Shown here: in pieces, positions 14,843 through 28,401 of the stretch
Position numbering within the stretch: the first letter of the stretch is position 1
How the letters are laid out: each line of letters begins with the position of its first letter
Origin: Marsupella aquatica
Lineage: Eukaryota > Plantae > Marchantiophyta
Reading direction: 5' to 3'
Length of the DNA: 64,000 nucleotides
NCBI GenBank assembly: GCA_973895155.1
Contig: OZ316893.1
Location: 8,332,963 to 8,396,962, forward strand
Program-made: the position numbers and the translations under genes
Notes under the pieces: generated by a model
Database searches by the model: none
What the model was told of the DNA's origin: nothing
What the model saw: the letters and a program-made list of their open reading frames with translations, nothing else

Positions 14843-14921
14843 AAAGAGAACTTGAAGAAGGACGGAATAGAATCAGATGAGAGAAGGATTCTGAGACCAA
14901 AGAATTACAACACTAGATAAA

Positions 14922-14932
14922 GGCACATAACC
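14922..14932 (-). promoter_or_regulatory. Primer-binding site complementary to the anticodon arm of tRNA-iMet (half-tRNA priming)
   Basis: GGTTATGTGCC abuts the LTR end; 10/11 match to GGTTATGGGCC, the Drosophila copia-type PBS. Confidence 0.65.
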
Positions 14933-15121
14933 TATGACGTGCAATCTTAGTGACACATAAAAAAATAAACAATTCCTACCTCAACAAAGAGGGGAAACCA
15001 TATCATATAGTACCCTGAAGGAGAGGTATTGAAACAAACCACCACTTGGCAAGCAAGAAACCAGTGCTGTGAAAAAGGCGCTGCAACTAACTGATCAGTC
15101 ATACTGCGATCAAATCAAGGA

Positions 15122-15420
15122 TATTGATAGTAACTTTACTATTGCTGTAAATTACTGGTGATGCGCTTTCTAAGTGTCAAAGCATGATTATATATCTCTT
15201 TACTATCTTGTCCACTCCCCGGACATCACGCTGTGTTATCTGCTCTCATGTTCTAGTGATTAGTTGTTAGTTAGTGGTACACTATATCTCTTACTGTTGA
15301 TCTTCATGTCTAGCTTTATGGATCTTGATCCATCTCATTTCCTGGCGTGTATTTATGTGGGGCCCTTGCCTCCCCTCAGAATTGTTAATTCAATCAGAGT
15401 TACAGACTCCGTTGTGTACA
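15122..15420. mobile_element. Probable solo LTR nested inside the copia 5' LTR
   Basis: 299-bp insert absent from the other two copies of the host LTR; 5-bp TSD aagga (15117-15121, 15421-15425); ends tattga...gtaca. Confidence 0.7.
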
Positions 15421-18400
15421 AAGGAGTCAGAGCAGGAGTCCATCCCGCCAAACTAAACAAATTGTGATGTCAATAGCAATCAGCCAATGGAGAAGAACAA
15501 GTGACTCGTGACAGACATCAATTAATCCCGATTATTGTGTAATACAACTGGTCACCTATAATCTAAAGCTAGGCAAGGGTGGCTTGGTACTTAATAGACC
15601 GATGCACAATCCACACCTCTATCTTGTAAGATTCTTCATAATTGTGATCTTGGGCAAAAATTCCTGGGAATTTCCAAATGCAATATTATATCTCGGGGGT
15701 ATCACATGCGATGAAGGATAGGGTCATTTTATTGGTTCTAAGGGAAAATTTAAAAATTTTGGTAGAAGAACAATAGGGTCTTTTAAATTCAATTTTGAGA
15801 CTTATAAGAATATTAGGGTCTTTTTAATCCAATTTTTAGAATATTCCAAGAATATTCCAACTTTATAGGGGTTAAAAAATAAATATTTTTTTCTTACATT
15901 TTAGGAGGTCCGAGGCCTAAAAACGTCGCAGGCGATGGGGAGGTCCCCATATAGTGAGACCCCCGAGTATTATATGTCAGGAATACTACAGTCATGACCA
16001 GGAATTTTTAATATCTATCAATTAAACAAAAATTCCTCAAGCCAAAATCAGTTATGCAGAAACAGGAAACAATTTCCTGTTTAAGCTCCCACCATATTAA
16101 TAAAATTGAAGTTGAGACAGACTAAGCTTGTGAGAGTTTTATTAAATGTGAGGGTCTAATGGGCTTGAACCAACAAAAAGCAGAATTCACTAATATCAAG
16201 ACAAGAGTACGTCCAATTAATCATAGGATTTGTCGATTGTCGCAGCCTCAGTTGATTCAAATTCTGTAAAATCCAAGTACCATGTTACTCTATCACTGCA
16301 AAGGCAAGATTGATGCAAACATAGTATAATAGTTAAGTGTTTACAATATTGAAAGCTTTTAGAGGACTAAGCTTGCAGTATTGTGATAGTTCTCTAGTGT
16401 TCAAAATATCATAGTACAATCCGCCATCCACAGTCTATGCTGTATCTGGTCTAAGGTAGTACCAGAAAATTAATTAGGTAATTAAGGAGCATGCGGGGTG
16501 TCTGGGTCTACAACATGGGGCCCAGGAAGGATATTAAAGGTTAGGCAGGGAGACTGAAGATACCCTCATGCAAATGGAAATTTCAAATATATAGTCCCGA
16601 TCTATTGTTGAAAACCTTTCTTTGGGTCCCAGTGAGCAAAGTGAAACCTCTATAATTACCTGTCCATGACTCTGGGGTGTAATTGAAGTTGGGGGTGTGA
16701 GTGGAAAAGGGGGGTTGAGGGCAAGGTGAGTAACTGGCTAGTTTATAAATGCGCTTGCTCTATTTATGTTCAAACTATTGACACTCAAGCTAGTTTTGTT
16801 AGTTTGCCAATCACTCAAACATCACCTTAGATGGTCTTGGTCTACACTCAAGTCTAATACACATTTTTTTTGCACTTTGCCTCCACCTTTGCCTTTCCTA
16901 TGTAATCCCATGAGAACATAGCAGGTCTCGATGTGCAGAGTAGTTATGTCACAATTAATTGTAGACAAAAACTGACTGAAGACATAACTTCAAAAAAACT
17001 AGCTCGATCAGCAGTGCATACAAAGCCCGGTCAACCCTGGCTGATTGTAGATAGTTATTTACTTGTGCCACTAATAATATGACAAGTTTGAAATAGTCAA
17101 ACTATAAGGGCATCACACAAGAGGCCCAGAGAGGCATGCAGTGGGGTAACTCATTTGAGTTGAGACTTAATTATAAGTCTAGAGTTCAAATGACTGTTGT
17201 GATTTACTGTTTTGTTCCTATGGGGTTTCACAGATGTCCCCTAAAAACATAAAATAAAATAAGGCTTCACAAGGCATCACACAAGAAGAACACTGTGCAT
17301 TTTTATTAGTGTTACTCACACTAATTCATGAGCATGCATTTTTGGGCTCAGCTTGTGTAAATGAGTGTTAATGAAACTATATATTTTTATTATTAATAAC
17401 ACTAATTCAGTGCACATGTAATAGTGTTACTTTGGTCACAAGAATGTAGATTGATCTTTTATTATTATTATTTTTAAGGAAAAATCTGTGAAATCCCTGC
17501 GTAACATTAACATGTATTTCACATAAAATAAACTACAGTGAAGTGTCTAGTCTAACTAATTTTGGGACGAGGTTATAAAACCAAACGTTGTGGACGTTAG
17601 GGCCATCATGACAACTTCTGGACGACAGTTTTACTCAGGGGTCCATGAAGCATAATTATGTATTCGGGCTACAGGTCAGTCTGATGCAGAGACTCCAATA
17701 AAAGCGCACGGTCCACTACCAGTTCAGGTCGCATCAATTGCTTGGCGTTCCAGCTTTTGATCCTACTCCCAAGGTTCATTGACGCGTCCGCTGCTCCACA
17801 TTTCTGATCATGTATTTTCACCAATCCTGGACCCTCACGGGACACGCAATTAGTGTTTCTGTACATTATTTTGCCTTTCAGATGGACAGAGCTTGAGGCA
17901 ACCCGAAAGAGCGTCACACCATACGAGAACAAGCGACAACAGTCTTACACAATTCCATGTGGTTCCCATTCTTAGGCATTAACCAACCTTTCAAGACAAC
18001 AAAATGAGATGAAAACGTCCTCAAGAGATACGGTGTGCGCAGAATGGTTTTTGCCGGCAGGCTGCCAGGTACCGGCTTGCTATCCAATGTTCGCGCCCAC
18101 AACGAACTTACGCACCTGCGTCGGGTACAACGTGGGCTTGCCATCTCCTTTGTGGCCTCCCCACTTCGCTGTACGCTGATCTCCGTTATTCTGAGTAAAT
18201 GAAGTTGAAATAAGTTGCAGGCAAGAGTGGCTAAACTCCTTAGTTAATGGGACTGTTTAATGTGAACTCCCCAGACAGTGCGAGCCACTTCTCCGCATAA
18301 CCCACGACACCTGTTCGTAATTACTCCTCACTTTCGAAAACGGTGACTCTTAAAATAATTAAAATTCCAAAACCGATCGAACTGGCGAACCTGCAGACTT

Positions 18401-18709
18401 GAAGATTAACCCCCACTGTCTCGTCCACATGCGTTCAATTGAGTTGATCTGGATGAATCGACTTCGTCACCCCGGACATATATATCGTTATGTCTGCAGC
18501 TACCCATGTTTTGGGAGTAATGTTGCGCAGCTATCAACACAAGAATGTTACCGGTACATAGGAGCTACTGATGGGTTTACTATCGTAGACATCAAGCCTC
18601 GATTCCCGTAAGGAATCGGCGGAGAGCACTTGCAGACTTTGCAGGTTTGAATGTGCCGGGCACTCGTAGCAGTCATACTAGCTTCCCATATATTGTGGAG
18701 GAGAGAACT

Positions 18710-21700
18710 ATGTCGACTGCACACGGGAAGTCTGGAGATTTGCATCTGGCAGCCATTTTAGCCCTGCTCTTCTGGACCACTTGCAATGGCAGCCACGGTC
18801 CAGCTGGGGTTCTCGCTGCTCCCGCTCTGGTTGTGCTGGGAGATTCGACAGTCGATGTGGGGGTGAATACCTACGTCAACACAGTCATTAAAGCAGACTG
18901 GCCGCCTTACGGGCGTAAGTTTCCAGGCCACCAAGCTACGGGGCGATTTTGCGATGGCAAACTTATCCCCGATGTCGTCGGTATGTAAACGTAGTGTCTG
19001 CTCTACAATTCAAGCTGTCATTCATGAATTCTACATTGCGCTTTTACTGTTAATTTGAAGCTTTGCAAGGAGCTAGATGAGTCAGGTCTTCGTATTGAAT
19101 TTCATGCTTTTCATATCAGAGAGTTTATAGTATGAGGTCTTTGGTTGATGACTTTGTCTGAACATAGACATTGTAAGCCTTCTAGCTAGTCTTCAGAGGC
19201 CTGACAAAACGCCGATTGAAGGCCAGTGATGATAGCCTGTCCCTTCCTAGTGATCTATCCAATAAAAAGTATTCAGATTTTTGGTGTTGGAATTAAACAT
19301 TAGAAATACGTGAACTCAGCCTGTGACGAATGTTACCTCCCCAACCTTTCGACGATGCTCTTACCTTAGTTAGACATCCTGAAGACAGGCCCCTGCACGC
19401 CGCAGAAGATTTCATCAATAATTGGTTCTCTGATGTTATGTACGTATCCCTGCGGATTCGTGCCTCCCCGCGGTAAATTAACTACTATTACAATTCTACT
19501 TCAATTCCATTTATTAGCTTCGTAACGTTTAAATTCTGACCAATTTCGCGATAATTGGTTTGCAATGGACCGTCAAATTGGTTTTCGTTTCAGTCCAGGT
19601 GTCCTAGTTTCTTGTATCGATATCCCAATTAAGTTTCGAAAGCTGCAATCCTGAATGACAACCTGGTTAATTTAAACGTACTGCTATTTCCTTCTCCTTT
19701 CTAACTAACGAAGGTTGCACAATCACGAAATCACAAGTTGTTTTGTACCGATGTTTCGTTCTGTCTTCTAACTAAGCAAGGGACCGATCAAAACTTTGAA
19801 AACCGGCGTTGGTGCAGCGGAACTTCTGGGTTACCCACCCCCATATCAGTTACCGTTTAATGATCCCAATGCTGAAGGGAGCGTTATCCTACAAGGCATC
19901 AACACAGCTTCCTCCGGCTCAGGTTTCTGGGACAGCACTTTAAGCGGTTTAGTGAGTGGCAATTCTGCATAACTCTCAAAATCATTTCAGTGTTGATGTA
20001 AGATCAATCCACTTTGTCAGATGCTAAATATGGTAGAAACGATTAGGCATGGGATTTTGACTACTTCTTTGCAATTCAAAACGAAGGCTTTGCTCAAGTT
20101 TTCAGCCATGGTACTTAGTCTCGATTTCTGTGCGCATTCGAGCACAGTAATTTCTCTAATTCAGTGCCAAACGCATGCCGTGCTAAAGTCATCACAAGTT
20201 AAGTCGTTGTTTGCACGAGCAGTCACCGTCTCCAACTTGAATATTGTGCAGTGTGGTTTGCATGATATATGGCATGAATTTGTTAACTACTGTAGAGCTG
20301 TTAAGCTAGTCTTGAAACAGTTCAAGAGCTAGTTTTTCGTCGAATTGCACTTGTCTTAGGCCTTGTTCAGCAGCCTTGTCGTGAGAGCGCTCGTATTATT
20401 CAACATTCAGCATATTGCGGACTTAATTAACGTGCGCGCTTTTGATTCTTGAGCATTCTACTGATCCCGGTCACTTGGTACAAACCCGTGCAGTGTGTAT
20501 CATTGTCACAGCAAGTCGAGTGGGTGGGGGAATGGAAGAACAAAGTAGTAGCGCTGGTGGGGGATGCGTCGGCTGCCTCAATAGTAGGAGAAGCGGTCTA
20601 CATCATTTCTACCGGCAGCAACGACTGGATTAATAACTATTTCAATGACCAGTCTCTCATGCAAATGTACAACATTATGCAGTACACGCAGTTTATCCTT
20701 GGGATTGTACAAAATCGTATACAGGTAGACGTCTCAGTTATCCTCGACCATCTCAGTCCAAATAACATCATGATGTACTGAACTCAATCAATCGACTTTA
20801 TCGAGAAAGATTACTTTTTTTAGGTCAACTAAAAATCTGCAGTTCCTAACGAATTGACATTTTACTGGAGAGCCGCTCCAATGTCAATTCCTGTCATCGA
20901 ACAACATTCTTCCGAATGTTTAATCTGGCTTCCTCATCGGATAATCATGCCTGAAGACTCAACATGCAACGGCATTGACACCGGCTTTAGATATGATTTC
21001 AATCGAGTCGTGAGTCGATCTACAGATACTTTCAGCATAGCTCCATATTTTGGAGAGGTACCTATTCTTGTAACATAACACGAGACGCTTATAGTATATT
21101 CTCGAAAAGCTCACAATCGCTACCGTAGACACGGCGGTTTATGGTTTGGAAATTCGAACAGATCGAGGGAACTCGTGCACAATAAAGTTCCCTCTGAGAT
21201 TACTCACTTGCCACTGTATCACAGGATCTGTACAACTTGGGTGCGCGTCGAATTGCGCTGGTGTCTCTGCCACCATTCGGCTGTGTTCCTCTCGAGACGG
21301 TGTTACGCAACACAGGCGGGAAGTGCATCGAGGAGTTTAACAGTGCTGCCACGACTTTCAATGCTGCACTGCAGAATTTGCTCACCTCTGTACAAGGGAC
21401 TTTTCCAGGCAGTACGATAATGTACTTTGACTCGTACTCGCAGGTCTACGACGCTCACATGAACCCAGCCCAATACGGTGAGCTTTCGAATTTTCTCCGA
21501 CATTCAGGTGGTCTTCCACTAAGTTTGAAGTCGTCTACTCGCATTGCTGATCGATGTTAAGCTGTCCGTAATCCTTCGGTCTCACTTTGAAATGTATCTT
21601 TCCGATTTCTGCTTGCAAAGAGTATCGACGAAAGAGTATCACAGGACTGGATATCCTGACATCTATATATCAACAGTAAGAATGAAGAGATGAACTCATT

Positions 21701-22366
21701 CAAGTCAGATACCGGGAATTAAGCTATGCCTAGTCTCAAACATGTCTAAGCCATAGGGGCCAAACTCCCGTTCAATTCTAGGTCTAGATCTAGCCTATCT
21801 GTAATGGCATAGCCTAACTGCTGGCTTTCAGATCGAATATATCCGGATTGATTCATAGTTATTTCATATATAGTCGCTCTCTCAAAGGCCTAGCTACTTA
21901 AAGAAGGAGAATCTCGTATGATCACAAGAAACTGTCAGGCTAGATGTTACGTACTTGCAATATAGTTGTGTGTGTTCTGACAAATTCATGCAACCATCTT
22001 CAGTTACGGCTGACCGTAAAGTCAAATACTACGTCAGGTTGAAAGATACAACAGCTACAGAAGTGTGTCCAGCAATATGGCTGACGTGATTATTATTTCA
22101 TACGCTTGTGTGTTCACCAATTTTCTAATTGTACGTAATTGACTGCAGGATTTGCTCACACCAACACCGAGACCAACACAACCGGAGTTTGTTGTGATTT
22201 AGCTGGCTCTTTCCCTGGATTTGGTCCCCTTTGCAACCAGGCATCTCCGGTTTGTCTCAATGCAGACGAATACCTCTGGTGGGATGCTTTCCACCCAACG
22301 CAATTCTTCAACCAGAAAGTTGGAGCTTTGCTTTACGCTCGTCTACAATCGACACTCGGCATTTAA
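18710..22366 (+). CDS. GDSL esterase/lipase (SGNH hydrolase), probably secreted
   Basis: Exons 18710-18980 (hydrophobic leader, LGDSTVDVG, PPYG, TGRFCDG), 19818-19951 (GINTASSGSG), 20494-20724 (TGSNDW), 21225-21477 (LYNLGARRI...PPFGCVP), 22149-22366 (YLWWDAFHPT). Canonical 5-exon plant GELP layout with catalytic Ser/Asp/His present. Confidence 0.95.
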
Positions 22367-23809
22367 TTCATCAGGGGCTTTCAGCAAAACTGTGTCATTT
22401 TGTTGTCCGGGGTTGTTATGTTGGTTTGAATGAATCACTGTAGTACTGACAGAGGCATTGATCTGTAATCATGTTTTTAAACCCATCGATATCAATTGAG
22501 CTACAATTCCAAATTAATGTGTCCTGAGCTATTTGTGTCCAGATCAACTTAGATTGCTTCACTTTTAGAGTCCACCCCTTAAATGCTGCTCCTCCGAGGT
22601 CAAGATCGAGCAGCATTAATTATGTCTTCAGTGCAAGATCCAACTTCAAGAAGTCGGTTGGTGATGCACAGAATGATCTGCCATAGCTTTCACTAGAAAA
22701 TCAGATTGGAATTCCATGGTGTTAGAATCCAACCGTTGTAATGATGTCTGTAACTTCTGGCGCAAGCACTGTTGGGCTCACTCGTTATCTGGTGAAATTC
22801 TCGTCAGCTTCGCTTTTGCTGAGGTAGCATGGATTCTGACATTCTGTTAACCTGGCACAAAATAACTTACATTGTGTACATTTCAGCCCGTTATTTATCT
22901 TGTTAACATACGCTCATGGACCGCTCATGGACCAAACATTAGGGTATTTCTAATCAAAAATATTAAACTATAATACAAGGTTGCGTCTTTTTATGAAGTG
23001 GTTGTCATTCAAATTTGCAATGTCCAAAAAACATTAATCATGTCAAAGAGAAATAATAAAAGTTATATAAAATTTAGTGTGCACCAAAAATATAATAAAT
23101 ACATTCCACACAAACGGGGAATCAAATGGGGACACAAAAGTAGGGAGCCAATACTAGAACCAATGGGGCACACAAAACAAGAGAGTGTATATACATGCAT
23201 GAGTATCAAGGAGGTGTACACATGAAATACAAAAGTACATAATATATATGATACTATATATTATTGCAAATATTACAATATTATAAAATATAATAATAAT
23301 AGTAATTTAATTAAAATAGGTTAATTAAAAATAAATTAGATTACAAAGACCATATCAAAACCTATAATAAAGTGTTACATTTTTTATTATAGTAATCATT
23401 CAAATTTGCAATATACCAAAAATGAAAAACATGAAAAAATGATTTCTTTTGTGAATGAAAATGGAGAGCAGTGTTTCCAAGAAAAAATGAATTTAATAGT
23501 ACAAAGAAAATAAGGAGGGTCTCTAGGAATGCAAGAGTATCAAGGAGACACCCGGATCGGGTCCCTTTACAAACTAAAAAAATGTGACAATCAATCTTGA
23601 ATGTTCATCAAAACATAATTTTTTATACACTTTAAGATCCATCCATACACCCCTTCTAAAAATAAGTTCCTACCCAAGCTACCCTTTAACCTTCCCATAC
23701 CTGCCACAATTGAAAACATTAATCAAATTTTAATTAAATTTATTAATATATAAATAATTATAATTTTTTGAAATAATTTCAAATATAAATAAAATATAGA
23801 TAAAATATT

Positions 23810-25008
23810 TTCTCATTTTGACATCTTTTTTCATATTAAGATCTTCTCACCTCAAGATCTTTGCTCATCTTGACATATTTTTCTCACCTTGAGATCTTTT
23901 CTCACCTCAACATATATATTATATTTGTCTCATTTTGCCATATTTTTCTCACCTGGTCATCTTTATCTCACCACAACATCTTTCTTCACCCTCAACATTT
24001 TTCCTCATATTGACATCTTTTTCTCATCTCACCATCTTTTCTCTCCTTGACTTATTTTTCTCACCTCGGAATGTTTTTCTCTAATATGACATCTTTTTCT
24101 CACCTTGCTATATTTTATTTCCTTGACATATTTTTCTCAGCTCGAAATGTTTTTCTCTTATCGACATTTTTTCTCACCTTGATATATTTTCTCACCTCAA
24201 CATGCATCATTTGTGCAATGCACAGGTATCAGGCCCGATATGTACTTAACAACATCTTTTACTTCACAACATCGTTTAGTAATGACATACTTTATCTATT
24301 GACCATTTTATACTTAACAACATCTTAATACTTAACGACTTCTTTGGCATAACGACATAGTTGGCGACATGACATCTACTTACTTGACACAATTTTTTAC
24401 TTGATGACCTTTTGGGCAACATGTCATCTTTGGCATAATGACTTCTTTTTCTTAACAACATCTTTTTACTTCATGACATTTTTCACATAAGAACATCATT
24501 CTTGGGAAACACAACATATAATTCTCTTAAGAGCATTTTGGGCCCCACAATACTTTCCTCTTAGTGACATCTTGGGGGACACTACATCTTGGGCACCACA
24601 ACATCTGTTTTCTTAACAATATCTTGGGCGCCATGAGATCCTTATTTTAATGATATTTTGGGCGACACAACATTTTTTTTCTTAACGACATCTTTTGTAC
24701 AATTCATGGGTAATTTCCCTCAATGATGTCTTGGCCGACACGACATATTTTCTCTCAATGATGTCTTTGCCTTCATGACATCTTTTCTTCAATGACATCT
24801 TGGCTGACATGACAACTTTTTTTTCAATGAACTCTTGGCCAACATGACATCTTTTTTACTCAACGACTTTTTTTTCTCTCAACCACCTCTTGGCCGACAC
24901 GACATTTTTTCTCTTCACGACCTCTTGGCTTACACGACATCTTTTTTTTCTCAACGACATCTTGGCCGACACGACTTCTTTTGTGCAACACACGGGTATT
25001 GAGCTCGT
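23810..25008 (+). mobile_element. Degenerate non-autonomous Helitron-like sequence with pyrimidine-rich internal minisatellites
   Basis: Arrays of tctcaccttgacatctttt-like units (about 23810-24200) and ~36-bp ctcaatgacatcttggccgacacgacatctttt-like units (about 24700-24980). Each array ends in a decayed tgtgcaacgcac-type hairpin; homologous to 60070-60383, which ends hairpin+CTAG|T. Confidence 0.55.
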
Positions 25009-25083
25009 TTAGAATATTACAAGAATGTTTCAATTTTTATAGAGATGCTTCCATGTATTTCTGAAAAATAGTCATAGTTCACT

Positions 25084-25163
25084 CTCCACACTTCATTCTT
25101 GAAATTATTGAGGGATCTAACGGTCCTCCACACTTCATTCTTGAAATTATTGAGGGATCTAAC
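25084..25163. repeat. 38-bp direct duplication
   Basis: ctccacacttcattcttgaaattattgagggatctaac x2. Confidence 0.9.
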
Positions 25164-25527
25164 TGGCATATTTTTTAAGGTTTTTTGTTTTTAGCCAGTG
25201 TGGCTAAGGTAAGCCACTCTAAGGGAGTAGATGCAAGGAACATTCTTCATCACTTTTTCTTAGATTATATCTTGAGTCACATATCCCTAGATTTACAGAT
25301 GATCTTTAGATTCTGGCAAATGGGGCCCATGATGTGATGGGAGAGTGGCCAATGGTATACAAAGAATTGACACTTTTTGGGGAGGTGGAATTTGGCAAAA
25401 AATTGCACCTAAAAAATAAGCTGGATGTAACTTTGACATCAGTTCCTCCCCATATCCAATGACGTCTATTGGGTGCAAGCATCATATCCAGACAGTGGCA
25501 TCTGATTTGATAGTGTTAATCAGAAAA

Positions 25528-25641
25528 GCTTACAAAGATCTTTCTTGTGACTATATATCACACCTCCAAAACGACAGGAGGTTTGGCTTACAAAGATCTT
25601 TCCTGTGACTATATATCACACCTCCAAAAAGACAGGAGGTT
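25528..25641. repeat. 58-bp tandem duplication
   Basis: gcttacaaagatctttc.tgtgactatatatcacacctccaaaa.gacaggaggtt x2. Confidence 0.9.
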
Positions 25642-26085
25642 CAAACCGGGAGACATGGTCCCAAAGGCCAAAAAACCCAATAAAGGGGGGAAGCAAAAAA
25701 CCCCAAGAAGACCAAAGAGGCGCACAAAGTCAAGGAGTAACCTAGCAAAAGACAGGAGAAAACAACAAACAAAAAACCCTACTGGGTGACTTAAATTACC
25801 TGAGTGTCCAATTTCATTGAGAACACTATAAAGTTCCTTTCCAGAAATTATTGTCTGACTTTCTTGCCACAATTGGCTCATCCTTGTAAAATGTATTGTA
25901 CTAGCAGACAAGAGGGTCTGGCTGCCAATTGTCCGGGTTAAAATAACATATCCAATCCTTTTGACATAATTTGAAAGAAAATATATTACTTTAATATGTA
26001 GATTGCATCTGTCAGAAAAGTTTGAAAGCATTTAGTTGTAAGCCAATGCTATACCAGTGTTGATTTAGACTGAACATTTCAGAAA

Positions 26086-26126
26086 CTAGCCCGGATTACC
26101 CGTTCTTTGAATCGTGAATAGCGGGG
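26086..26126 (-). mobile_element. Possible Helitron 3' terminus
   Basis: Minus strand reads ccccgc...aacgggtaatccgggCTAG|T; AT-rich body lies to the right; 5' end not identified. Confidence 0.4.
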
Positions 26127-28401
26127 AATACAATAAAAATGTCACCAAAATATATTCCTTATTCACATATTTTGAAGATTAATGAAATGATAAAAAATTA
26201 TCATGCATATCATCATTTTAATAATCAGACATAACATATCATAGTACTTTTTTTATGCACATTCCTAGTTTTTTTATCCTACATCCCACTTATGCACATA
26301 TAATATGGTGGGGCCATAGAGATCAGTTTTTAATATAAATAGAAATCATAACAAAAAGCAGTCATGGTTATCATTTGATATGACATACATCATAGACATT
26401 AGTTTTCTCATCATTCCACATGATGAGCCATGGAGTTATGTTCTAGAGGCTTCACTCTAGAAACCTAGGCCCCAACTCTAGCTTGTAGTTGTAGATTTAT
26501 AAGTAAGATATTGTACCTTTCTACGTGCACCCTTGCAATGGAAAACACTGATACATCAATGTATACATTGTTTTTAAATAAAAACAAAAATCATTAAAGG
26601 CCCGTAGTGTGGACTGTGAGCTCTAAGTAAGCTTATTCATGATAATTTTTTCCTGTCAAATTGTAGACATCCTTGTTATCAAACATGAAAATGTGAAAAT
26701 ATACTATTATGGATAACACTCACTGATTTAAACAAAATAATAGGGTAATTTGACATCAACACATGGCAATATATACAAATTACTATTATGAGACTTGCTC
26801 ACTAAAAATAATAATTGGGTTTATCTTGGTGTGGAGTGACAATATACTATTATGGATAAAACTCACTCCTTTAAACAAAATAGTTAGGTTTTATAGTGGT
26901 GTGGAGTAATACAGCATGTGCATCTTGGATCATGCTTTCATTTTTTTTTCCTTGTTAGGGATTTGTGAATGATTATTGCATAGTATCTGATAGGATTGAG
27001 TGGAAAAATATAACACATTCCAAATAAAATTACATGTTACATAATGACCCAGGAATAGTACAAGTCTCTCAAGTCTTGAAAACTAGTGCACATAAGGTAT
27101 AGATTCTCATTTGCTTTAATGACAGTCAAATCAAATTAAGTACATAAGATATCCTCTTGCCTTAGCTAATGACAATAAAAACCTTAAATTTAGCATATAA
27201 GAGTTTGAGAAGTACTTAGAGCACGAGGGGTCCACACCCCAAAGTACCAACTCCCTCTCATTCCACTAGAATTGACAAAAATTCCATAGAATCTTGTAAT
27301 CGGGTGAATGCACTATATTGAAAACTAATCATAGTGTGGAATGAGATCCCTAGCATAGAAAGATTAAAAAAATACTTAGAGGAGTGCCAAAGTAATCTAA
27401 AGTCTAAATTAGTTCGTGGACCCCTATCTGTTGATTGTATGTGAGGTATGTGTTGGACAATATATGTGAAATAGATAAATGTGTTATAAAATGTGTGACA
27501 ATGAACATATCTTTATTGAGACTACATGGTGGATCGAATCTGGAGACTAGGCCAGCTGAAAATAGTGACCGAGCTGAATATATGAGCAAACCTCAACTAG
27601 TTCTGAAGCTGCAGCGTGGTGCTCTGAGCTTGAGGCAATCCCAATCGCTTGGGAGTTCAGCTCTGGAGCCAGCAAAGGTATTTCAATTAGGAATCATGAG
27701 CACAGTTGAAGATCTAATTGCAGGTTGGAATGGAAATGGAGCTCAATTGAGGACGTAAAATATAGCTCTCATTTGGATCATCTAGAACACCTTTGAACAA
27801 AGACCGGACAAATTGCAGTTCAACAATTTCCTTGCCAGAATAGTTTTTCGACTCATCCAAAGCCAGTGATTTCAACAATGGATTTTAGAAAGTAATGCAA
27901 CACACTTTTGCACGGTATTGCTTAGAGTGAGTAAACCTATGTGTCAAGCTTAGGGCCATCTACATTAATTCTCGCTTGTCTCAAGCGATTGCTGTCTGGT
28001 AGGTAGCGATGGTGGCCAGAGTTGGTTTGCAATTACCTTGTACGCATCTAGTATGAGGCACTGTGGAACCCACGATGCCATCACAATTTAAACCATATGG
28101 TCAGTTGTGACGCCAATGACATGGTCCTTATTTTGTAATCCGATTAAGTAGGTTGCTGTATGCAAGGAGTAGCTATTGATATTGCATAACAATTAGCAAG
28201 ATGGCAAGAATAAGGGCAATCATGGCGTTAAGAGTAGGGAAATAAAAGCTATGTCGCGGGTGGTCGGTGACCATATTTCTTTCAATATGTCACCAAATCC
28301 GGATCTGTAAAGAGCATTGGAAAGATCTGGTCAAGGCGAGTAAAATCGATATAAAACACTCGGGAAACGGAGATGTATTAAGGAAGATACAGTCTGATTA
28401 G

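Larger units (their letters stand above)
13221..15513 (-). mobile_element. Internally deleted Ty1/copia LTR retrotransposon
   Basis: Two related LTRs (about 13221-13500 and 14933-15513) flanked by 5-bp TSD gacat (13216-13220, 15514-15518). On the minus strand the 5' LTR is followed directly by GGTTATGTGCC (PBS) and a gag remnant. Confidence 0.85.
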
